Source: a virus
DNA: 64,000 bases
Strand: one strand, 5' to 3'
Virus record (IMG/VR): IMGVR_UViG_3300031565_000018
Location: 23-64,022 of that record
Shown: one piece after another, positions 36,014-44,744 of the stretch
Layout: every line of letters starts with the position of its first letter
Numbering within the stretch: the first letter of the stretch is position 1
The notes under the pieces: generated by a model
Database searches by the model: none
What the model was told of the DNA's origin: nothing
The model's input: only the letters and a program-made list of their open reading frames with translations
Position numbers and translations under genes: made by a program

Positions 36014-37336
36014 TTAGCCGAGACCCATGATCAGGCCAATAGTCTCACCCTCAGAGACACCCGCCGTAATATCTGTCCACTGAGTGCCATTCCAGTAACG
36101 AATAGTACTGGTAGAAGGCTCAGTCCACAGAGTGCCATCAACTGCGCTAACGGGTGCGGTGTCACCGTAGACAGGGGTACGAGATGCGGCGGATTCGTAC
36201 CAGCCACTCGTAGCTGCGTCGTAGATGAACAGAGAGCCCATGAGCGTGTTGAACCACAGGCTGCCATCGAGAGGCGGAGCGTTGAACCCGCCGGTACCAG
36301 AAGGTGGTACTTCGCTCTTGATGGCCAGAGCCTCAGCATTAGCGATGTACCAATCGGGCTCGGCGACGTCGTTGCCCGAGGCATAGATGAACAGACGACC
36401 TTCGTTAGTGTCGAACCAAAGGGAACCAGCGAGGTAGTTGTCTCCAGGTTCACCGGACACCGTAACGACAGCAGCTCCAGCTTCAGCCGTGCTGTTGTAT
36501 GTAACAAAGGAACCGGAGTAACCAACCGTGACGTTGGCGCCGCCGAGCGAACCGACATTAATTTCTCTATAGGTGCCGCTAGTTGAGATAGCAGTACCAG
36601 AGCCGGGAGCTAATTTATTTTCTAAGAAGATCTGCGGACCAGAGTAAGTAACACCGATTCCAGGCAATCCGAGAATGCCAACGTCGACAATTTGATAATC
36701 ACCACTAGAGCTAACAGTTGTACCAGAACCAGCAACAAGTAACTGCTGAGCTTGGCCGGAGATAACGCCTACACCAGCACCGGTATAAGAGAAATCGACG
36801 GAGCCTTGACCGATCAGGTCAGTCGAAACAATCGCGGTATCTCCACTAGCAGTAATGCTGATTCCGTTACCACCAACAAGACCGCTAACAACAGCAACCG
36901 CACCCTCGTTCGAACCGGAGATCGCAATGAGCGTACCGTCATACTCAACAGAGTTGTTCCCTTGGCCAGCAATATTTACATCAAATATCGTGGCGGCTCC
37001 GCTGTAAGTAGGAGTAACGCCGGACCCAGGTAAAGACTGGGTGATCAGGCTGGAAACAATTTCGTAGTTACCGCTCGAAACGATGCTGATACCTGAACCA
37101 GCAACGATATCCGCACCAGCGATAATCCCGCTGGCCGTTAGGTTTAAGTCTTCAAGCGCACGAACTACTCCTTCAAAGTTGTAGGTGTAACCTACGGGAC
37201 ACCGAGAGAAAGAAGCAGTTCCCACGCCACTCAGGGTTGCAATAATTTCGTCAATGACATCAACGATGCCTTTGAACGAGTGTTCGTGTAGCGCACGGTA
37301 GTTACTCCCGTGAACCGGGCAAGGATCAAGAGCCAT
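36014..37336 (-). CDS. Ser-Gly-rich tail fibre-like protein
   Basis: Beta-repeat shaft AGSG(I/T)xIxxSG; GSLWFxT...LFIY modules; C-terminal GETIGLIMGLG. Confidence 0.75.
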   Translation of the reverse strand: MALDPCPVHGSNYRALHEHSFKGIVDVIDEIIATLSGVGTASFSRCPVGYTYNFEGVVRALEDLNLTASGIIAGADIVAGSGISIVSSGNYEIVSSLITQSLPGSGVTPTYSGAATIFDVNIAGQGNNSVEYDGTLIAISGSNEGAVAVVSGLVGGNGISITASGDTAIVSTDLIGQGSVDFSYTGAGVGVISGQAQQLLVAGSGTTVSSSGDYQIVDVGILGLPGIGVTYSGPQIFLENKLAPGSGTAISTSGTYREINVGSLGGANVTVGYSGSFVTYNSTAEAGAAVVTVSGEPGDNYLAGSLWFDTNEGRLFIYASGNDVAEPDWYIANAEALAIKSEVPPSGTGGFNAPPLDGSLWFNTLMGSLFIYDAATSGWYESAASRTPVYGDTAPVSAVDGTLWTEPSTSTIRYWNGTQWTDITAGVSEGETIGLIMGLG

Positions 37337-37412
37337 TGAACAAGTCTAGATCTTACCCTCCTGTAATCTCGATTCTACCCCACCTAAAAACGTATAAGTA
37401 ATCTTCAGATAG

Positions 37413-37559
37413 TTACTTTTTAGTCTTACTACTGACTAATTTTTTGTGGAACGCCAGTTCCTCAGCCAGCTTCCAGGCTGGTATTCCGAGCAAAGAAGAC
37501 TCTCTGCGCAGCTGTTCCCAGGAGATTGTTTCTAAGATCTCGACGTCCGTCTTGGACAC
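37413..37559 (-). CDS. 48-aa protein (MSKTDVEILETISWEQLRRESSLLGIPAWKLAEELAFHKKLVSSKTKK)
   Basis: Hand translation; GTG start; helical composition. Confidence 0.5.
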   Translation of the reverse strand: MSKTDVEILETISWEQLRRESSLLGIPAWKLAEELAFHKKLVSSKTKK

Positions 37560-37933
37560 GATGCTGTTAACAGTTACTAAGAGTATACACAATCATTAAC
37601 CTTGGTCGTCACCACGATTGTTCTCTCGGAACACAATTGAAGAAAAAAACCTGTCAGAGGTCGATTCTCTACGACTTTGTACTGCCCTCGAAAATGTAAC
37701 TTTGTAGTGGGTCGAGTCTTAATTCGAGTCTCATAATCGTATATGTGGTAAATCGTCCAAATCGACTCTTCGGCACACGACCGAATAAAACTTTTAAATA
37801 AGGCGAGACGAGAGCAAACCTGATGAGCATCTCCTTTTAGATAAAGGTAAAATTCTCAGAAAATCCGAACATACCCATCGTTCTGTGCGCTCTGTGATGA
37901 GTATGAGTACCTACGCACATCCCAACGTTCCCC

Positions 37934-37949
37934 GTGCTACAATGAGCAC
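37934..37949 (+). promoter_or_regulatory. Extended -10 promoter inside a palindrome (possible operator)
   Basis: GTGCT-ACAATG-AGCAC contains TG-c-TACAAT, 23 nt before ATG 37967. Confidence 0.5.
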
Positions 37950-37966
37950 ACAGTGCGTTTAAGCGC

Positions 37967-38665
37967 ATGGAAGTTTCAATACGTGCCTTAGCCCTCTTGG
38001 GGCTCCTCGACTTTCCGAAGACACCCCAGGAAGTCCCTGCTGCCATCCCCACAGCGGTTGAGAGGCGTGGGCACTGGCAGGTAGAGCACCACGCTGAGGT
38101 GGCTGCATGGCGCTGCCTTTGTGGACGCTCTGAGCCTCTTGTCGTACCCCAGGAGCTCATGCCTCGCGTCTGCTTCCTAGGCGGCCTCTTTCAAGGTTGT
38201 GAGGTTTGTCGGAACGATCTCAAGCTCGCGACCTCCAAGGCTGGTCTCCTAAGAGCATGGCTCGAGAGGAATCGACCTCTTATCGGAAGTGAACAGCACT
38301 TCGAACTGCCCGACACCTACGTCTGGACCGATCGCGAGGAGGCCAAGAGCATCCGCGTCCTTCGGTTTGTCTACGAAGCCTTCTGGGAGAAAAAGTTAAG
38401 TCCAAGTGACTGTGTGAGCAGGACGTGCTCTCATGCGTTCTGTATAAACCCTCACCACTTATGCGTGACTTCCAACTTCTCCGCCAAAGTGACGGACCAG
38501 ACCAAGAGCTACATACTGCGCCTTACGGAGGAGGGGATCCGGGCGCAAACCATCAAAACGCTATTGCGAGAACAGCACTCCTTAGATCTTTCTCTGAGCA
38601 CGATCCACTCCGTAAGAAGGAGAGGCGGGAAAACCAAAAACTCTGTATGCTCATCGAGGAGCTGA
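37967..38665 (+). CDS. Zn-ribbon plus degenerate HNH_3 plus HTH protein
   Basis: WRCLCG...CEVC; LRFVYE...VSRTCSHAFCINPHHL; C-terminal LSLSTIHSVRR. Confidence 0.62.
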   Translation: MEVSIRALALLGLLDFPKTPQEVPAAIPTAVERRGHWQVEHHAEVAAWRCLCGRSEPLVVPQELMPRVCFLGGLFQGCEVCRNDLKLATSKAGLLRAWLERNRPLIGSEQHFELPDTYVWTDREEAKSIRVLRFVYEAFWEKKLSPSDCVSRTCSHAFCINPHHLCVTSNFSAKVTDQTKSYILRLTEEGIRAQTIKTLLREQHSLDLSLSTIHSVRRRGGKTKNSVCSSRS

Positions 38666-38868
38666 AGTGCTTGCAACCTGCCCATCTGTCAGAGCTTTCT
38701 GAGTCACTTGGGCAGTCGACCACAACCACAAGAACTCAATTAGAAAAACTAAAACGTATTAACCTCGTTGTTAGTACACACTTTGAGCATTACACCCTTT
38801 TCTGTTTAAATGGCGATTTCAACCTATTCTTCTCCCAGCTACTCAGCGCGTTCTACGAACACGCATGA
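38647..38868 (+). CDS. Small winged-helix protein (ArsR-like)
   Basis: ATG 38647; HLSELSESLGQSTTTTRTQLEKLKRINLV. Confidence 0.58.
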   Translation: MLIEELKCLQPAHLSELSESLGQSTTTTRTQLEKLKRINLVVSTHFEHYTLFCLNGDFNLFFSQLLSAFYEHA

Positions 38869-39268
38869 TCAAAAACCCTTTTTGTGGGACAAAGAGTTTG
38901 TAATAGACAACCTCCCGTCCTGGATTTATACCGATAACGAGAGCCCTAAATCGATTAAGGACTGCCAGGCGACTATTAGCTCTCTTGAATTTACGATCCG
39001 GGACATCGACCTCCAGATAGAGGTGCGTGAGCTTGAGCTAAAGACCGGTGACTCTCGCCATCAGAACAGTTTTGACTTCGAGCGATGGCGTGCCCAGGCT
39101 CTTAAGGCCAAGCAAACGCACTTCTATCTCTTAAACGCACATAAGTACTGGTTAATCAAAAAGACACCTCAAGAACATGACATCACACCAAAACTCGCTA
39201 AGCTGATCGAGATCCTTATTGAGGACGCTCCCGACTTCCAGCAAAAACTCAAAGCCCTCTTAGACTGA
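38810..39268 (+). CDS. Hypothetical coiled-coil protein
   Basis: 152-aa ORF; start uncertain. Confidence 0.65.
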   Translation: MAISTYSSPSYSARSTNTHDQKPFLWDKEFVIDNLPSWIYTDNESPKSIKDCQATISSLEFTIRDIDLQIEVRELELKTGDSRHQNSFDFERWRAQALKAKQTHFYLLNAHKYWLIKKTPQEHDITPKLAKLIEILIEDAPDFQQKLKALLD

Positions 39269-39407
39269 TCGCGTCAACGTGTAACAACGACCACGCTGAC
39301 CCCTGAGGGTCCGAGTACCGTTTTTGTCGTTTCCGGCTCGGCGTTAAGTCGCTCTGATTGCCAAGCGCTTGGTGATCAAGGGGAGCCCTCTGCCGTTTTC
39401 TATTTAC

Positions 39408-39734
39408 ATGGACATCAATCTTCGAGAAATCAAGGACATCAGGGACGCACTCAACAGCATCGACGTCTCACTTCAGTTATTAGCTTCTGAAAGAAACAAC
39501 GAACGGAGAACCACGGGGTTTGTCTCCAAAAAAATCATCTGCCAGCGCTTGAACATTCCTGGAATCGCTTTAGACAAACTCATTCATCAAGGTCTGGCGA
39601 CTGGGGGAAAATCCGGCCTTGTAGAGGGAACTCACTTCTGTAAACTCGATCCAGAAGAGCGAAACTCCTCTAAGTTTCTCTACGACGTTCACACGATTAT
39701 CCACTCCGCCTGGTCTAATTTTAAAAATGTCTGA
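39408..39734 (+). CDS. Hypothetical protein with possible excisionase/AlpA-like HTH
   Basis: ATG 39408; FVSKKIICQRLNIP...LVEGTHF. Confidence 0.5.
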   Translation: MDINLREIKDIRDALNSIDVSLQLLASERNNERRTTGFVSKKIICQRLNIPGIALDKLIHQGLATGGKSGLVEGTHFCKLDPEERNSSKFLYDVHTIIHSAWSNFKNV

Positions 39735-40146
39735 TTTATCTAAGAACGCTTCCCGTCTCGTCAAGCATCTTTTCTCCGGTTCTGAGACCGAGAATATGAT
39801 CGCGGCGGGCGTAGTCAGAACCATTCTGTCTGACGTAACTAGGCTCTACTTCGAAAACAAACGAGCGAAGGGGAAAGGGATCTTAGTCTTCAACCCGGAA
39901 GACCCAGAGAACAGTAAGTACATGACTGTTCGGGACTTTGAAGATGATCTATCGGTCGCCCAAGAAGCGATGGACAATCAGACTTCCGAAATGTTTAAAC
40001 GAATAATCAACTTCATCGAAGCGGAACGTGAGAGCGATCTTGCTCTCCTCGCCATGATCCAACCTAACGAGATCTGCCTCCACATCCTGGATCCTATTGA
40101 AGTGAATAAAAAGATCGACGAATATTCGAATGGTCTTATCTTCTAG
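39727..40146 (+). CDS. Hypothetical protein
   Basis: 139-aa ORF overlapping neighbours. Confidence 0.68.
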   Translation: MSDLSKNASRLVKHLFSGSETENMIAAGVVRTILSDVTRLYFENKRAKGKGILVFNPEDPENSKYMTVRDFEDDLSVAQEAMDNQTSEMFKRIINFIEAERESDLALLAMIQPNEICLHILDPIEVNKKIDEYSNGLIF

Positions 40147-40711
40147 AGATTTTGTCTCTCCTCTAGAGCTCATTGCTGTAACCACAGCTTTGTTCGGAGG
40201 AGAGATAGACCTAGATCCAGCCTCGAGTCCTCACGCAAATTCTCTTGTCCAATCGAACAGATTTTTCGATTGGAAAGACAACGGATTAGTTCAACCGTGG
40301 CGAGCTAAGAACGTCTACCTCTACCCGCCAAGGGATATTCTTCTCAAACACGAGCAGCCAAAGAGCAACAAACTCTTTCGTAAGAATCTTGGCTTTAAAA
40401 AGTCGAGTCAGCGGGTATGGCTTGAACTTGCTTACGAAAAATGGATCCGAAAGGAATTTAGCGAAGCGATTATCTTCTTGACCTCAACCGAGGTCGCTTT
40501 ACTGGTTACCCAGAAGTTGAACTTTGATTTTCCTCTCTGCGTACTAAAGGAGAGACCAAAACTATTTGAAGACAACGAAGAACTTAGACCTCTAAAACAG
40601 AGTAAAGTTCTTGGTTTTGTATATTACTTACCGCCAGTAGATAACTACCAAGACAAACTAGAAGAGTTTGTCAGACTTTATAGTAGTCTGGGACGGGTTT
40701 ATGCTCAATAG
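40130..40711 (+). CDS. Degenerate Dam-like (phage N6-adenine) methyltransferase homologue
   Basis: IDLDPAS...DNGL...W...VYLYPPR, with YPPR in place of NPPY. Confidence 0.65.
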   Translation: MVLSSRDFVSPLELIAVTTALFGGEIDLDPASSPHANSLVQSNRFFDWKDNGLVQPWRAKNVYLYPPRDILLKHEQPKSNKLFRKNLGFKKSSQRVWLELAYEKWIRKEFSEAIIFLTSTEVALLVTQKLNFDFPLCVLKERPKLFEDNEELRPLKQSKVLGFVYYLPPVDNYQDKLEEFVRLYSSLGRVYAQ

Positions 40712-40961
40712 GATCTTTAGTATCCCAGTTCTCGTCTGGACCGTAGGTGTCTCGTTCACCAAAACCTAACCCCACGGGTCTTGAAGCTTGAAGACGCTGT
40801 CTTTCTGCTTTTCGAAGACTACGAAGTTTTTCCTTAGGTTCGGTGTTAAAAACTTCTCCGGCAAAACGAAAAGTTTTAGGAGACTTGTCTCCGTGGCGAT
40901 AGCGACGCTCTTGGTGACTTTTAGCCCGCCTTTCGATTGCTAAACGAGGAATCGAAGTCAT
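40671..40961 (-). CDS. Small basic hypothetical protein
   Basis: 96-aa ORF with convergent overlap. Confidence 0.62.
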   Translation of the reverse strand: MTSIPRLAIERRAKSHQERRYRHGDKSPKTFRFAGEVFNTEPKEKLRSLRKAERQRLQASRPVGLGFGERDTYGPDENWDTKDPIEHKPVPDYYKV

Positions 40962-41707
40962 CAGACTTTGTATTCCATCATTCCGCGAACTTCAGGGCTG
41001 TTTGCAAAGAAACTTGCATACTCCTGCACGGCAGTAGGACGTCCGCGTACAAGACTTTGAGTTTCGGGGTCAGCGTAGGAGTAATGCTGACGATATTCGG
41101 GACCTAGAGTCATCACGTCCTTAATTGCGTTGACATCAGTCTGGCTCATGTAGTCCTGAGGACGCTTAGCAATATCCATAAACTGCTGACTATTTAGGAG
41201 GTTAAGATCCGAAGCACGAACATCGCCGATTCGAGTTTTAAGAGTGTCGTATTGACGAGTCAAATCAGGTTGAGTGGCTAAGTCTGCGCGAGCTTGATCC
41301 ATCGCGACAGTCATGTAGTCATCAAAACGCTTGTAATAATCCTGGACCGCATCTTGGGTAGCAACCCCGGTAAGGCCCCGAATCTCGTCAAAAATATCTC
41401 TAATTTGCCCAAGAGTTTCTTGGGCTCGTGTATCTAGTTTTTCAGTTGATTTGCCGATAATTTTTTCGAGTTGCTCAATATCACCACCTCGAGCAATATC
41501 GCCCACAGCTCCTGCTATCCGGGTAACGTTACCCAGATTCGGAAGTAGGGTGTTGGTTACGAAACCACCTAAACCACCTCCACCAGAGGTGGCTGTTCCA
41601 GGGGTTCTCCCGGAAAAGACACTGGAGTAGTCAGGGAAGTCGTTGTAACTTCCATAGTTAACCCCAAGATCAAGATCCGTACCGAAGGGGATGTAGGTTT
41701 CCGCCAT
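40961..41707 (-). CDS. Hypothetical protein, possible internal virion protein
   Basis: 248-aa helical ORF with Gly-rich N-terminal part. Confidence 0.68.
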   Translation of the reverse strand: MAETYIPFGTDLDLGVNYGSYNDFPDYSSVFSGRTPGTATSGGGGLGGFVTNTLLPNLGNVTRIAGAVGDIARGGDIEQLEKIIGKSTEKLDTRAQETLGQIRDIFDEIRGLTGVATQDAVQDYYKRFDDYMTVAMDQARADLATQPDLTRQYDTLKTRIGDVRASDLNLLNSQQFMDIAKRPQDYMSQTDVNAIKDVMTLGPEYRQHYSYADPETQSLVRGRPTAVQEYASFFANSPEVRGMMEYKV

Positions 41708-41737
41708 TACCCGATTCTATTTAACGTAATTATACGA

Positions 41738-42622
41738 CTAGAAGACAGTAGGAATCGTCTTAAACGAGTCCATTGCCTGCCTCATGAGGTTCGACATATT
41801 CGCCTTCTGAGCAAGTTGCTGGCTTTGAATTTGTGCGCCCATGAGCTCTCGCCGACGAGCTTCGTCTTCCGCTCGATTGGTTTTTAAGGTTGATTTGACT
41901 AGTTCAGCAAGCTCTGAATAATCTGCACTATTTTCGAGATCTTCGACGTCAGCTTCATTGCTGTGAGGAACAGCTGGTTGAGTAGGAGAGCTGTAATCAA
42001 TAATGGACTGATCTCCACCAGCAAAATTTCTGAGGATGGAGTTAAGTAATGCTTGCCCTACCGTAGCGTTGAGTTGTTGGCGTGACGAATCAAAGGATCC
42101 TTGTGGGAGTTGCGAACTACTGGTTGTTTGTCCTCCTTCAGGTGAGTAAGAGGCGAGAAGGGTGCCTTCTTGGGCATCTCCAAGTGTTCCCTTAGCTCGC
42201 TGATAGAGAGCGCCGCCAGGACGGAACGAACCGACAGCATTAGCTACGGAAGTACCATTAGCATCTTTTGAATAGATATTTGCGTTTGGATTTCCTCCCA
42301 AAATGGTTGCGTATAGTTTCTGCACACCCATACCAGGGCGATAACCACGGCCAGCCAACCACTTTTCAACGTGGGGTAGCTGCTCACGAATTGTGTAGGA
42401 CCCGATGCGTTTGGGGTTAAGACCAGCCTCTCCACGCTCGGTTGTTCCAAACTGGATAAGTCCGTAGTACTTGCCACCGGCACCGCCCCAGACGTTTGGG
42501 TTAAAACCTGACTCCTTGTGGATAACAGCGCCTAGCTCGTAAGGATCTATTTGAAGGCGCTTAGCCGCCTCATAAACCGCAGCGCGGTCCTCAGGACGAA
42601 GAGTACCGATACGGTCAGCCAT
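41738..42622 (-). CDS. Lytic transglycosylase/lysozyme-fold protein, probably virion-associated
   Basis: AAKRLQIDP..L.AVIHKESGFNP...YGLIQF...YATILGGNP. Confidence 0.78.
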   Translation of the reverse strand: MADRIGTLRPEDRAAVYEAAKRLQIDPYELGAVIHKESGFNPNVWGGAGGKYYGLIQFGTTERGEAGLNPKRIGSYTIREQLPHVEKWLAGRGYRPGMGVQKLYATILGGNPNANIYSKDANGTSVANAVGSFRPGGALYQRAKGTLGDAQEGTLLASYSPEGGQTTSSSQLPQGSFDSSRQQLNATVGQALLNSILRNFAGGDQSIIDYSSPTQPAVPHSNEADVEDLENSADYSELAELVKSTLKTNRAEDEARRRELMGAQIQSQQLAQKANMSNLMRQAMDSFKTIPTVF

Positions 42623-42848
42623 CTACCAATTCGTCGAATACATCAATATTAGTATCAATAACTAAACCGATTTCCTGCATGACGGACTTGTAGGCTCGCT
42701 CCCGACATACAAACCGGTAGATAGTTTTCCAGAGGTACTGATCTCGAGCGTCTCCTTTGAGCTCATGGGCTTTGTTCTTCAACCGAGTCAGAACAAAGTC
42801 GTCTTCAAGAGTCAACCCGACGGTGATCTTGTCAAACTCATCGCCCAT
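42615..42848 (-). CDS. nblA: NblA-like phycobilisome degradation adaptor, copy 2
   Basis: LTLEDDFVLTRL...YLWK...VCRERAYKSVM aligns without gaps to the NblA core. Confidence 0.68.
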   Translation of the reverse strand: MGDEFDKITVGLTLEDDFVLTRLKNKAHELKGDARDQYLWKTIYRFVCRERAYKSVMQEIGLVIDTNIDVFDELVDG

Positions 42849-42902
42849 TTGCTCGAAGGCTTCTAACTTAAGTGTAAGTCAATTAACAAAACACTCTAAA
42901 CC

Positions 42903-43172
42903 TCACCAAGCTTTACAGCTCCAATAGCGTGCTTTTAACTTGCTTCCAGGGTTGTCGCAGTTATGTCGCGCTCTGAAACTCTTGCGACGCTCTGGTATGT
43001 GTTTCTTGATAGTCATATCAGGGTCCCCAAAACGTACAAGGCGAACATCATCACCTTCTTTCGCGGCCACGGCGAACTTCTTGCCTCCGTCTGAGTCTCG
43101 TTTGGGATTGTTGTAACCACTAAAAACCTCGCCAGCAATCCTGATGGACATTGGGTTTAGGTCGATATCCAA
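42903..43172 (-). CDS. Small basic protein, DUF6321-like
   Basis: KKFAV..KEGD.VRLVRFGD...RRKSFRARHNC...ARYWSCKAW; ATG 43151 is the likely start. Confidence 0.68.
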   Translation of the reverse strand: MDIDLNPMSIRIAGEVFSGYNNPKRDSDGGKKFAVAAKEGDDVRLVRFGDPDMTIKKHIPERRKSFRARHNCDNPGSKLKARYWSCKAW

Positions 43173-43284
43173 CTAGTCTAACCCTTAGAATCGAAAGAAA
43201 ATGTAAAGTCATACTGCATCTAATCATTTAACGCAAAATCCTGCTAATGTCTTTGCGTTGACCTCACCAAAGTCTTTAAAGTTG

Positions 43285-43518
43285 ATGGAAGCCGCACGAC
43301 TTCTGACCATCGCGCAAACTGCTGAGCTCCTGAACTGCTCTGCTGGTTTTGTGCGTAAGCGTATTGCTTTGACCGTATCTAACCAGCCCGGTGGTTGGCC
43401 TAAAGGGATCTTCGTTAACCTTCAGCCTAATGGTGCGAAGTCTCTCTATCGCATCAACCAGGACGCTCTTCAGGAGTTCCTTAAAGGCGAATCCGAAGCT
43501 AATAACGAAGCTGAGTGA
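43285..43518 (+). CDS. Excisionase/MerR-like HTH protein
   Basis: LLTIAQTAELLNCSAGFVRKRI. Confidence 0.68.
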   Translation: MEAARLLTIAQTAELLNCSAGFVRKRIALTVSNQPGGWPKGIFVNLQPNGAKSLYRINQDALQEFLKGESEANNEAE

Positions 43519-43563
43519 TCAAGCTAAACTAAAGAGATCTGGTTATACGATCTCTTAATAGCG

Positions 43564-44103
43564 ATGACTTCCTCCAGCGCTTTAGATATGTTCGCAGAAG
43601 CTTTGGAAGCCCCTAAGGCTGAGGTCCTTACCGAGGAAGTCATCATCAAGAAGGAGACCAGCGTAGATAATCTCGTCTATGCCACGGTCTCCTTTTCTTC
43701 GTATCTGTATCAGTTAAACACCCAAGCGCATCTCCTGCACTTAAACGTCGAGTGCCGAGAGTTTCTTGCTCTCCATAAGTTTCTGAAGAAACAGTACGAA
43801 CAACACATCGCGGACTTTGATCTGCTTGCCGAAATTGTCCGGAGCATGGATTATCTGCTGCCGTCTTGTCAGTGCGGGCTTATGGACTCGTACAAGAAAT
43901 TTAAGAGCGTTAAGTCCTATGACGCTCGTGAAGGTCTAATGATCTACACCAAGAACCTAGAAGACGGAGGGATGATGGCAAAGGACTTGACCGAACAAGC
44001 CCGCGCTACCGGTACTCCCGATCTAGAAAACGCCGCTGCAGGTGTCTGCGGAAACCTCTTTAAAGGAGCGTGGATGCTTAAAGCGACTCTGCGTAACGCT
44101 TAA
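43564..44103 (+). CDS. dps: Dps/ferritin-like protein
   Basis: QAHLLHLNV...LALHKFL...DLLAEIVR (ferroxidase H, H, D, E), C-terminal WMLKA. Confidence 0.82.
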   Translation: MTSSSALDMFAEALEAPKAEVLTEEVIIKKETSVDNLVYATVSFSSYLYQLNTQAHLLHLNVECREFLALHKFLKKQYEQHIADFDLLAEIVRSMDYLLPSCQCGLMDSYKKFKSVKSYDAREGLMIYTKNLEDGGMMAKDLTEQARATGTPDLENAAAGVCGNLFKGAWMLKATLRNA

Positions 44104-44744
44104 ACCAAAATCCAACCGCCGTTCGCGGATACGTATAAACCGCTTACGCCAGCGTTGAGATAAACAACGCCTCCGGTATAAGCTGCGGGTAGAGCACCTA
44201 CCACGTTGATTCCAGAAGCTAAGTTAGCTTCGAGAGCACCGGAGGAAGACACAGCTCCGATCGCTCCCGAAGCAGCGAGAGCTCCGGAAGCAATAAGAGC
44301 TCCAATGGCTCCCGAGGCCAGTAGAGCTCCTGACGCACTGACGGCTCCTAAAGAACCTGAAGCGACGATTGCTGAGTTTGCGACAATTGCGCCAGAGGCA
44401 ATCGTGACGTTTGCAGACGCTGCGTTATCTGCAAAAGCTGCACCGACCTTCTGCCAGGACGCTCCGTCCCAGACTTTCATGTAATAAGCCGAGCTTGAGG
44501 AGTCAACCCAGAGCTCACCTACAGAGTTTCCCGTAGATCCCACAGGGCTTGAGTTAGGCGCATTAGTCCCGTAGAAAGTGGGGCCAATCTTCCTAATTGC
44601 ACCAGCAGAATCTTTGAAGTACATCCCTGGTTCGGCGCCACCGAAGCTCAAGGCAGGCTCACCCGTCTGTACCGTCGCTGTATCCGGACGATCGGCAGAA
44701 TTACCAGATCTCTTTAAGAGAAGAATGACAGGTGTAGAAGCCAT
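44100..44744 (-). CDS. Short fibre protein with ASG repeats
   Basis: N-terminal LLKRS...RP...GEPAL fibre-anchor pattern; GELWVD..YMKVWDG; eight ASG/SSG units. Confidence 0.7.
   Translation of the reverse strand: MASTPVILLLKRSGNSADRPDTATVQTGEPALSFGGAEPGMYFKDSAGAIRKIGPTFYGTNAPNSSPVGSTGNSVGELWVDSSSSAYYMKVWDGASWQKVGAAFADNAASANVTIASGAIVANSAIVASGSLGAVSASGALLASGAIGALIASGALAASGAIGAVSSSGALEANLASGINVVGALPAAYTGGVVYLNAGVSGLYVSANGGWILV

Noticed and set aside
29115-37336. Diversity-generating retroelement acting on the fibres
   Set aside because: No reverse transcriptase and no template/variable repeat pair with adenine-specific mismatches noticed
39288-39351. Hammerhead ribozyme or tRNA identity for the three-way junction
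   Set aside because: No CUGAnGA...GAAA core in the right geometry on either strand and no proper T-arm
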